DNA of 63,231 bases, counting the filler, from Hyphochytrium catenoides (lineage: Eukaryota > Protista > Hyphochytriomycota): assembly GCA_900088475.1 (NCBI GenBank). It is 10 parts of 10 records of this genome, joined end to end, with 100 filler letters (N's around TTAATTAATTAA, not from the genome) between each part and the next. Parts side by side here need not be neighbours in the genome. Positions count along the whole stretch, not along the records: positions 33,724 to 46,393 come from FLMG01001831.1; positions 46,494 to 48,711 come from FLMG01002632.1; 8 more parts are not named here. One strand, written 5' to 3'. A model generated the notes under the pieces. The model saw only the letters and a list, made by a program, of their open reading frames with translations, ran no database searches and was not told where the DNA came from. The position numbers and the translations under genes were made by a program. Of the stretch, positions 38,401 through 48,811 are shown piece by piece; the first letter of the stretch is position 1; each line of letters begins with the position of its first letter.

Positions 38401-39716
38401 TCGAGTTAGGACTACCTGAGAATTATGTCTAGGAGAGAGGTCGCATCCCATACGCGGGCCCCGATCATCATCCAGCGAATCAGGTGGTTAACCAGCAGTG
38501 GAGGAAGTGCACCTATAACACACTGCTGTTTGGCCTAGCATTGTTGTTGCGGACCGCTGGAGTGTCAGTGCTAATTGCTCCTCGTCTAGTGCCGATTATG
38601 ACTGCTGCTGTGGTACTAGTAGCGACCGCTTTACCATTCTCTTTTCTTTGTTGTCCATTCCCTTCCGCTTGTTTGTTCTGCTAGCCTGGCTGGTGGTGTA
38701 GATGGTGTTGTTGTCGTCAAAAGGTACCGCCAAAGTACTGAACGACCGCCAAATGGACAAATTGTTGCCATCATGGCCCTTATTAGTCCCGCGAGCGGTT
38801 GGCCTCTCTTCCACGCCGCGTCTCGGACTCCGCCGCGTCCTCGTTCTCCATCATCTTGTTCCCTTTCAACCTCCCGGAAACAGTCGTCGCCAATGATGGT
38901 AGTACTTATTACCATTTATTACCGCTATTATTAGAACGTCTACTGGTGGCACTCCGCACAGAACGTTTACGTTTTTGTTGGACATATGGGGATATTATTA
39001 TGGCCTTTCTCACCGCATCCGCTGCAACTGACCTCACTTCCCTTACGGATAGCCATAAGCCATAAATCTCCTTTTTATGTCATCGCCTTAATGATCAGCA
39101 GTTGGAAGAAAGGTCCCTCATTACGGACGAAAATTACCTTTGTTACTGAGTTGGGGTAGTAATCCTAAGAAGACTACTACTACTGGCGGCAACCTACTTT
39201 TTTGCCATACGTTATAGCTGCAGAAGAGACGCAAGAAGTAGAGCTTGAGTAATGGCCTCCAACATGACTGCAGTAGTAGCAAAGCAGCATTATGATGATG
39301 GCAGCAGCAGCGCGGGAGGAGCAGGCGAGTCGTGCGAAGAAGAAGAAAAGCCTACCTACGGGAGTGGGAAGTAAGATGATGTGTGAGTGAGATGTGAGGA
39401 AGGATGCTGGGGGGAAGCAAGACGTTGATGCAACTTCAGCAGGTGCGTAACCCGCTGGTCTACCAAGTTAAAATACTCCTTGACCAGACCTCAGCATGGG
39501 GGCACCCTTGGCTACAGGTACATAATAGCACTAGGCCCCGCAGACTCCATGAGACCAGCGATAGGAATCAAAGAGTTGGCACATAGCCTTCAACGTACGA
39601 CAGTTAAGGTTGAAATCCCCTAGACATGAGGGTGCTGCCTCATAACACCCTGACAGAAAACTTCTGTCATCCTAACTTCTGTCGTCGAAAATGCGCGTGG
39701 CACTAACCCTCTACTG
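35439..39716. mobile_element. 4.28-kb TIR DNA element with TA target-site duplication nested in the Copia RT
   Basis: Left AGGGTTAGTGCCACACGCATCTTCGACGACAGAA (35443-) versus right-end reverse complement AGGGTTAGTGCCACGCGCATTTTCGACGACAGAA (to 39710): 32/34 identical. TA lies at 35437-38 and 39717-18. Removing the element and one TA restores the Copia frame QSPKTAAEKEDEM. Subterminal TGACAGAA/TTCTGTCA repeats occur at both ends. Confidence 0.9.
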
Positions 39717-39838
39717 TAAGACAGCAGCGGAGAAAGAAGATGAGATGGAAAGTTATTCATAATATCGAGCTGTGGTTGGCTCTTTGATGTATCTTATGGT
39801 AACCAGAAGAACTGATCTTGCCTACGCTGTAAGCATGG

Positions 39839-40395
39839 TCAGCAGGTACATGGACAAGCCTGGTATGGCTCGGTGGAAAGCTGTTAAGCGGATACTGCGG
39901 TATCTGAAGGGTACACAGTACTACTGTTTACCCTTCACTGGGTCTGGTCCTGATGAAGCTCTCTACGGCTACTCAGACTCTGACTGGGGAGGAGATATAG
40001 ACAGAAGGCAGTCCACGTATGGCGGGTAATGCTGTGATGATGTGGGCCTCCAAGAGGCAGAAGTCTGTAGCTTTATCTAGTACGGAAGCGGTGTTTGATG
40101 GAGGAGCCAGTGAGGCTACACGGAACTTCTCTTCTGGCTAAAGAAAGTTGAAAGACTTCTGCCTCTTGGAGACCCACATCACAGCATTACCCGCTAGTAA
40201 GAAGACAAAAGTCATACGTGGACTGCCTTCCGTCTATATCTCCTCTCCAGTCAGAGTCTGAGTAGCCGTAGAGAGCTTCAGGACCAGACCCCCCAGTGAA
40301 GGGTAAACAGTAGTACTGTGTATTCTTCAGATACCGCAGTGTCCACTTAACAGCTTTCCAGTGAGCCATACCAGGCTTGTCCATGTACCTGCTGA
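39839..40395. repeat. Inverted duplication (~230-240-bp arms, ~86-bp spacer) within Copia RT/RNase H
   Basis: 39839-40066 is repeated in reverse orientation at 40153-40395; ORFs 39772+ and 40187- give near-identical peptides. Confidence 0.93.
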
Positions 40396-40618
40396 TCTTG
40401 CTCTCTCTAGCTAAGGAGGAGAGCCACAAGAGGCGGACCAAGCATCTTGACGTGAGATACCACTTTGTCCGACAGTGTGTTCAGTCTGGATTAGTACAGC
40501 TGGTCTATTGCTGAACGGAAGAGATGGTGGCTGACTTCTTGACCAAGGCAGTATCCCGGACAGTCGTCCGTCGCTGTGCTGCGCTCCGCTTGGGGAACCT
40601 CGAGAGCTAGGAGGGGTT

Positions 40619-40771
40619 TGTAGGTTACTTTACGCCTGCAGAGGTGAGGGGATGGATGCGTCTTCTCCTTGTAACGGACGAGAAGCGAAGACGCCGCCTA
40701 TCCAACCTGGCTGTCATAGTAAAGAGAGGTCAAGAAGATGTACTCTACCCGCCCATGCAGTTGTGACTACA
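40619..40771 (+). repeat. Probable 3' LTR (~153 bp) of the Copia element
   Basis: Follows the RNase H end and a purine tract (GAGAGCTAGGAGGGG). It starts TGTAG and ends CTACA (inverted 5-mer, TG...CA). The 5' LTR is not available for confirmation. Confidence 0.65.
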
Positions 40772-42389
40772 CGACTCAGTGATAAAAAGGGTTAGGCTAA
40801 TCATTCTTCTTTGCATGTTGAGGTCCTACCCGGACTCTTACTCTCGAGGCAATGATGCCAACAGTCATGGAGATGAGTGTAGGACTCTGCTGTTAGCAGA
40901 TAGAGATAGCTTAGCGATAATCTCTGACAGAGCTCAGTTGAGAAATGCAATCTATCGTGCAAGTGCTCTTTCCATAGCAGTGACTGACAAAAACACTTCT
41001 GTGCTACTCAGCCCAAAGACTCAACTCGGTTCTCTATAGCAACGGTGACGAAGAGGAGGCGGCATTATTCTAGAACTTTGGTTGTTATTATTCATCGAAT
41101 CTCCTACTAGCCCCGATAGGTCCGGAAAAAGAAGACTCAGAAGATGACGCAGAAGAAGTCAAATTAAAGTGGTCATTGCTGTTGATGAGGAGCTGAGGAT
41201 CTTTACCACTCCTCGTGATGAGAGAGACACAGACAACATTTCCCATGAGTGTCAGGCAGGAGAGATGCGACGACCGAGAGCGGTAGCAGCGGAAGAGACA
41301 AATGGGAGATGAGGAGGAAGAAAAGACAAAAGAAGGCACCGCAGTAGCAAAGGGGAGAGGAGCATGGAGAGCGAGGAAAACACGATGTCTCTTCGTTCAG
41401 AAGGAGAAACTCGGGAGCCTGGGCCAAAGAAAGTAGGACAGGCACAGTTTACAGAGATAGAGGGGCGATCATATAAGCACTCCCTTCCACAACGATGACC
41501 AGGCGGATTTTTATTCTTCACTCACAATCTCAACAACACAAATAATCTAAGAGAATATAGACAAAAAGAAGTTTATATCAAGAGCTTTTAGGCTTCGGCA
41601 AGGGCTTGCCAGGAGTTTATAGTGCGCAACCCAGCTTTCGCCTGCATTTTTTTGGGAGGATGCTTCCTTCACTAATGACAAATTATATAGAGAGTAGGGT
41701 CTACGTAGCCCTATGGCGTTTTAATCATTGGCTGGATTATTAGCTCTCCTTCTGCTCACCCACCAGATGACGTGACCGAGCATGAAGAAGTTATGTATGA
41801 TAAGCTAAGCCTCTGGTTGGGCGATCAAACTGACGCTTGATATCACTAGTCCGGGAGTTTCCTTGCCGCCTAGCTGGGTAACGAGGGAGGAGGCTCTTGG
41901 CCCATTTGTAGGTAAGTACTCCTTACTGCCCCGCCGACTACATACGAAGAAATACCCAGTAACTTTCTCTAGCATAGGTCCGGCGCAGCGAGTGGCGGGC
42001 GGACGGTTGACTGTTTCCGCTGAGATGCATAGGTGTAGTCAGCCGTGTCCCCCTCTTTGTTGTCGCTGTGTCTAGGTTCTGAGCAGGCGGCAAAGGCTGA
42101 GGCTGACCGAGCAAATCTGCGAGTGAGGAGCGAGGTCAGCCGGTCAGCCCCATCCTCGAACCGCGAAAAAAAAAGAACAATATCCCCTCCGATGTTTTGC
42201 CTTACTTATTTTATAATTATCAAAGCAAGCTGGTTCTACGACAGTCTGGAATTAACGGCATGATAATATGTATTAAGGACATGAAGGGTCGTCTATTTAT
42301 GTTGAAAGAAGCCAGCAGCCGACGATACTCATTCCACCCATCATGATTGACGGAAGTCTTCTCGTCAAACCAACAACACTGAGGAAAAA

Positions 42390-44287
42390 CTAGGACCCGC
42401 ATTCTTCTGCTTTCGTAGACCTCAAATACTGGGGCAGTAAAAAGCAAGGAAGATAAAGGGTTTGGAAGTAGCGGCGGAAGACGTTTTCATGAAGAGAGAA
42501 GAAGGTGAATCCCTTTCCAATATTTTGGGCTCCGGGGAGCCTCACACGGCTCGATAATTGTCCGTGAGGATTGAAGAGGATCATGACTCCATCCCTATAA
42601 CTAAGCAGAGCGTAAGCATGGGGGCCCACGAGTCCAGTCCCTGAATTAAGCTCAGGATTGTCGTACGTGGCGGCCACGACAATTGCACCCGGGACACCTT
42701 GAATGCGGCTGTCAGATAGGAACTCGAAGTCAACTATATTTGCGTCCATTGGAGCTATCCAAGTAGCTCTGCGTCCTGTAAGGACACGTATCGCTTCAGA
42801 TGGGTACGCTCCCGCCGACATCTTTACTCCTTCTTCGCTAAAAATCGCTGCTGCTGCTTTATGGTATAGTTGTGCCCAGTTCTGGTTGATGCCATAGAAA
42901 GATCATTAATGAGTCCCCCCTGGAAGCAATTTTGCGACACCTTTCGAGGCTTCAGCATTCTGTCGTACAAAATAACAGCGCACGTCGCTACTGATCCTCT
43001 ATAATGGGCTGCGTTACGCTCTCGTCGAGTTATGAAGCTGTTGGGCGTGCGGTATGCCATACTTGCAAGCGTAGAGAGGAACCAGCAGTTGCCCCAAAAC
43101 ATCTGGTTGATTCCATTTGTCACCTCCTCTGGCTTTACCTTGAGGGATATGGTCACGGCGATGTGGCCATCGGAGGAAGCCCTCAGATTCTGATCTGGCT
43201 TCGTCAAAGTTGCGGGCTGATGAGTCTGCGGCGGAAGTTGGTCGATGCTCTTTACGGCGACTTTCCCATCGTCTAGCCTTGCGCATTCGACCCTGCGGGC
43301 AGTTCCTTGGTTGTCAAATTCAATACTACGAAGGGCATAGAAGCCCCAGTCCCTTGCCACCAAGCGATTGACAGTTGTAGTTCGTGGATGCCCCTCCTGT
43401 TTGGAAGATTATCCTTCTCCAACGGATCTCAGGCGACGTAAGAGGGGCGTCCTGGCTGCCAACGCATCTGCGTAAAGGATTGAACCCACCGTTTGCCCCA
43501 TGGACAGAGACAAGAAACCCACCAGACCCGCAGCTAATGCGTACTCCCGGGGTTGTCCCCACTACCCACCTTGTCCCCATTACCCACCTTATTCCATACT
43601 TCGTGGCATACTCACCGGCGTTATGACCATTGCACAGGGGCGTGTTCTGGTTTCCCTCTCTCTTATAGCCAGCCATGAGACCCCTGCCAACGCAAGAGAG
43701 AGTCGGGGCATTGCCAAATCTGGAACCATTGAAGTTGTGATGTGGCACACAGTTGAAGTAGAGCACACGACCACCCGTCGACGAAAAAGTAATGGACTGT
43801 ACAAAGGCTTCAACAAGTTCCCCATCAACCAATGGCGAAGGGCACTTATTTCCAGTCCGCTTACACTGAATCCACCACGTTTTTCGACCATGAACACTCT
43901 TGCCTTATATTTCGCGCACCTAACACTGGGCCTTTGGGTCCTGTATGCAACTACGTAGGCGTCCGGACCACAAGAGAACATTCTTGGTCCTGCCTTTTGA
44001 CTAGCAGTTGAAAGGACCGCTGGGAACGTTCTCTTGATAATGTCACTCGGACCCGGAACAATTTTAGCACATATCGGCTTTCCGTATGCTTGTATTCCCA
44101 GGAAAGGGACATCGGGTCTGCAAGACTGCATTGCAGAGTTTGCTTGCAAGAACCGACGATGGTGACGATACTCTTCAGATCCGAGGTCAGAATGAAAGAC
44201 TGTTACGTTTCCTCTATCTTCCGCTAGCACCGAGAGTGTAGAACTTAACGCTAGAAGTAGTAGTAGACAAAAGCTTGAGTAGCACAT
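42390..44287 (-). pseudogene. Frameshifted, intronless secreted calpain-like cysteine protease (peptidase family C2) with Cys-rich N-terminal region
   Basis: Signal-peptide-like MCYSSFCLLLLLALSSTLSVLA. Four consecutive overlapping frames give INQMFWGNCWFLSTLASMA (catalytic Cys), WAQLYHKAAA, GAYPSEAIRVLTG, GLVGPHAYALL (His) and LFNPHG (Asn). Frame breaks occur near 43880, 43350 and 42910. Confidence 0.85.
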
Positions 44288-44498
44288 CGTCTTGCCAGTA
44301 GGACGTCCACGGAGCCAGCATTCATTTGCCTGATTGCCTAATACCGCTTCCATGATAATGGTACAGACAACGAAAGATCGATGGAGGACTAGCAGCATTA
44401 CCATAGAAACTGCCTTATTCTGTTCTGCCGCTGAGAGCTGCTTTCGCAGATAAGAAACAGCCGATGGACCAGTCGAGTAGTGAGTGGCTAGCGCCCCA

Positions 44499-46133
44499 GC
44501 GCACGTCATTCCGTTTTGTTGCTTAGTTCCTTGCGCAGATCAGGAAGAATAGAGGGAGAATTTTTAGTGGTGAGTGCCTGCAGCATGGACGATAAGACCC
44601 GCTCGTCACGCTCTTCTGTTTTGCGGCTATATGCTGCTGAAAGAGTCTTCTAATCTCTCAAAAACTAAAAAGCCTCAACAACGCCGCACGGTCATTCAAG
44701 AGTCAGATGCGACACGAGCGAGCGTCTTAGGCTACCTCAACACAAAGTTGTACCGAAAAGTGATGAGAAGACGACTTTCTTTATTACAATAGATAACGCG
44801 GCCTATCATCAGCGATCAGGTTTAGAAGCGGTTTCACTAATTAGAGCTATGTTAGACTTCCCTTTGAACTAACTTTGACTGCCAGCCGTTAGTAGGGAGG
44901 AAGGCTCGGAAATCGGAAAGAGGACTTTCCTTATTGACAAAAGATAACGCGGCCTCTCACCGATCAGGTTTAGAAGCGGTTTCACTAATTATTAGAGCTA
45001 TGTTAGACTTCCGCTTGAACTAACTTCCACTTGCCAGCCAGCCGTAAGGGAGGAAGGCTCGGAAATGCTGTAGGGTTCATAAAAGCCATAAAGGGCCGCC
45101 CAAAGCGCCTCCCTTTTTTAATCTGTCACTTCATAGACTTCTTCTTTGCACAGAGGAACGCACTTTGACCCTTATTTAGTACAACATAAGCTCAATATTA
45201 TTAATCCTGCTTGGGAGCAGCAAGGCCCAGAAGAAGGTGGTTCTACTTCCCAATGGACACTGACTAGTCCTATTGCCTTTAATTATTGTCCACACTCCTC
45301 CTCCCTCACCAGATGTCTCGGAGGCTTTGGCTCCGAACTGAAAAAGCCAATTCCGCATTTCCATAGCATTTGTGGGCATTCTGAGCTACCCTGTAAAGAA
45401 ACGATGCTTGTCACTTTATAATAATGCGCACGTTCTTCCGTTTTGTTGCTTAGTTGCTTTCGCAGATCAGGAAAATCGATGGAGAAGTTTTAGTGGTGAG
45501 TGCCTAGCACCATTGACGAGAATACCCGCTCGTCACGCTCTTCTGTTTTGCGGCTATGTGCTGCTGAAAGAGTCTAGTTTCTCAAAAATTAAAAAGCCTT
45601 AACAGCGCTGCACGGTCATTCAAGAGTCAGATGCGACACGAGCGAGCGTCTTAGGCTACCTCAACACAAAGTTGTACCGAATAGTGAGAAGACGACTTCC
45701 TTTATTGACAAAAATTAACGCGGCCTATCATCAGCGATCAGGTTTAGAAGCGGTTTCACTAATCAGAGCTATGTTAGACTTCCGCTTGAACTAACTTCCA
45801 CTGCCAGCCGTAAGGAAAGGCTCGGAACTGCTGTAGGGGCGCCTCTTATTCTGCACAGAGGAACGCACTGTGACTCCTAGGACAACCTAAATAAAAAAAG
45901 CTCAACATTAATCGAGGTATAGATGTATCCCTCGCCTGCTTGGGAGCACCAAGGCCCAGAAGAAGGTAGTTCTACTTCGCAATGGACACTGACTAGTCCT
46001 ATTGCTTTATTATTGTCCACACTCCTCCTCCCTCACCAGATGTCTCGGAGGCTTTGGCTCCGAACTGAAAAAGCCAGTTCCGCATTTGCATAACTTTTGT
46101 GGGCATTCTAAGCTACCTAAATAAGCGATGCTT
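44499..46133. repeat. Diverged tandem duplication (copies ~44499-45410 and ~45426-46133) containing three copies of a ~145-bp subunit
   Basis: Long shared blocks (e.g. CACGGTCATTCAAGAGTCAGATGCGACACGAGCGAGCGTCTTAGGCTACCTCAACACAAAGTTGTACCGAA) occur in both copies. The subunit lies at ~44772-44915, ~44922-45066 and ~45692-45830. Confidence 0.93.
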
Positions 46134-46493
46134 ATTACTAGGCATAGAACTAGGGGTATCCGTTCTATAACGTCGTGAACCTCTTTTCTTTGAATGGTCT
46201 GCGCCACAGGCAGCTGTCTCCGTTGAGTGGTACAATGCTGGATTTGATGCTCGTTGTCAGTAGTAGTACCTGATGTTTACTTTCCTTACTAGAATTACTT
46301 AGTTGACGACGACTTACTAATGTCAGTTGTATTTTTATTTACTTACTAGTTGGAGAAACTAATAAGCGGAGTAACTACATACGAGACGTTATGNNNNNNN
46401 NNNNNNNNNNNNNNNNNNNNNNNNNNNNNNNNNNNNNTTAATTAATTAANNNNNNNNNNNNNNNNNNNNNNNNNNNNNNNNNNNNNNNNNNNN

Positions 46494-47135
46494 TAGTGGG
46501 GTTGCGGCGTAGAAGCGGACATGCGGTGGCCCTTGAACTCCGGGATAGGACGAGAGTAGAGGATGTTTGGATGCATCCAGAACAACAAAGGGATCATCGG
46601 ACCTCAGAACAAACTGGCAGATGGTATTTTGTCGTGGCGCTTCGCAGAAGTCTATACCCTTCTTTGCCTTGACCCATAGTCTCTGATCGTCAATGAAACA
46701 AATCCCGCACATTGGTGCCTTGAAAAGTTGAACCGCCAGATGGACGATGCGTTCGTAAGGCTCTTCAGGAGCCGTGTCCATTATATGGAGAGACTTTAGC
46801 TTTGCGACTCTTGCCACCTCAATTCGAGAGATCAGCTGATTTCGACTGCTACACTTTCCCGGACAGTCGCAGGTGAGATCGCAGCGGGAAGGGGGTTTCA
46901 CCGTTCGCGTTGCCTTTTCATCGCCAATACTGCTGCCTGTCTTGGACATGCCGCCCACCATAGATAGGTTGAAGGATAGCGAGCGTTTTGTTGGAAAGGG
47001 CTGGACATCAGAGGATGGTAGGAAGCATTCTGCTGTGAGGCGCATAGCATCGTGATAAGAAGGTCCTACTACTTTTGGCCGTGATAGGGGAACGTTCGTC
47101 GACGACAGTGGCAGGAAGGAGGTCTCGTTCGGCAT
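46494..47135 (-). CDS. GAF-domain sensor protein, 3'-truncated by gap
   Basis: EVARVAKLKSLHIMDTAPEEPYERIVHLAVQLF...IDDQRLWVKA..G...PRQNTIC...VVLDA...VQGPPHVRFYAATPL is the typical GAF signature of sensor kinases/cyclases. Confidence 0.88.
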
Positions 47136-48811
47136 TCTTTCAGAAACGGAGGCTGTTGGTGATCAGCGTCGTCTTGTTGTTAGCGGTGGTGGTGGCTCCG
47201 TTGCTGCTGCTCCGCCCGCCGCCGTGTCTCTTCTTGCTTGATGGGGAGGATTTTTATGAATGATGGGCGGAAGAAAGAAGTCGGCTCTCCGCAGAGGATG
47301 GGCGAATAGATCAAGTAGAGAGACACCGACGAATGAGGAGAAGAAGGACCAGGATGGACGACAAGCTGACGCTGCTCGGCCCATCAACCTGCCCTGCCCT
47401 GCCCTGCGCTACTCCCACCTGGAATAAATAAGAGACAGCAGCAGCCGCTCCAGGGGCTTGTCGGATGATGGCGATGAACGATAATAATAAAGCCGGAACG
47501 GGAGTAACGGTCGCTCCGTAGTAACAAGACATAGATTTCGGTGTTGGTGTCGACATGCTCTGCTGCTATTCTTGGGTGACCAGGAAGGTGGAGATTATTT
47601 ACGGAACAGGGCTGTTCCTCATTGGACAACGAGCAGGCATCAGTCGAATGTAACGACCACCTCCTTCGCCCCAATTCCTATACCTCTTTTATTTTCTTCG
47701 ATCGGATTTTACTTCTATATTCCTTATAGGGGGGCCAGGAGCTGTAATAATTTAAGGGTTTATGTTTTTCCTTTGTTGTAACTCTTGAGTGCGGTAGTTT
47801 CGATATAAAAATAAACAATGTGGCACGAGGACCATTCACGTCTCTGACTGTTGGTCTTCGTAGTAACAACAACAATAGAAACAACTCAACAAGCCATCGT
47901 CGTCAAGTGGCGGAGCTCGTCTACCAGTAGCAGGAGCTTCTATCTACTCTATCATCATCCTCTTCTGTAGGGAGGTAAAGTGAGAAGTAAGCTCCTCCGT
48001 TGCTCACCTTTGAGAGCACCTCGCTCTATCTACATCATCACCATCATTCAAATACAGGTAGATACAGGTAGTAAGTAGGCAGGTGATGATGATGAGAAGC
48101 AGCAGCATGATAATAGGAGGACTCTATAATACGGATGACGTGCTAACTAACATGCATCATCATCATCTCCAAGCTCCGTCCTTTTACATTCTCTCTTTCT
48201 ACAAGAAGTAGCACCTTCTTATTATTAAGCCCTCCTCCCTGCTGTCTTGTCTGATGATGAATAATGAAGTTATAACGAAGAGCGAGAAGGAAGAGGTCGT
48301 TTCGCAGCAAAGACGGCGAGGAGGTGCTGGGCGCATCATTAACTCAGGACAACTACTGCTGCATCCAAAGAGTCGGCTTATTTTACTTTGTAAATATCTC
48401 ACCTTCTTCTTCGGTATTAAAAACACCTTGGGACTAATGGAGGAGGGTCATCAACGATGGCCAAGCTCCTCTTCTTCTTCCCTCCGGAGACTGGTCTCAA
48501 GCGGTACAATTGTCCCTAAATAACGAAGGAGAATGCAACTCAGAGCATTGCTGCTGCGTGACCACCTGCTCCATCTTGCAGAACCTGGGTATGATGTATG
48601 CTACCATCATCTTACGACGACAACCACTACCAAATTGAGTTATTATCAATGAGCAGTGCATAGAGTACTTTTTATTTAGTTACTGGTTGGAGAAACTAAA
48701 AAGCGGAGAAANNNNNNNNNNNNNNNNNNNNNNNNNNNNNNNNNNNNNNNNNNNNTTAATTAATTAANNNNNNNNNNNNNNNNNNNNNNNNNNNNNNNNN
48801 NNNNNNNNNNN

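Larger units (their letters stand above)
33724..40771 (+). mobile_element. Decayed Ty1/Copia LTR retrotransposon (integrase-RT-RNase H-3' LTR), 5' end lost in gap
   Basis: Integrase LRTDNGGEY...QNGIAER and KKLDDK; RT KWAFKKK...[15 protein letters not shown]...DLAYAV; RNase H YSDSDWGG, RTKHLDVRYHFVR, ADFLTK. The INT-before-RT order is Copia-type. It carries many stops and frameshifts. Confidence 0.96.

Noticed and set aside
35439-39716. hAT assignment or Fanzor/TnpB cargo for the TIR element
   Set aside because: There is no 8-bp TSD (a TA duplication restores the host frame), and no RuvC-type motif set was seen in the fragments I translated.
44841-44851. TTAGAGCTATG, resembling the start of a type II-A CRISPR repeat, in the repeated ~145-bp unit
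   Set aside because: The match is only ~11 nt, the intervening sequences are homologous rather than unique spacers, there are no cas genes, and the context is eukaryotic.
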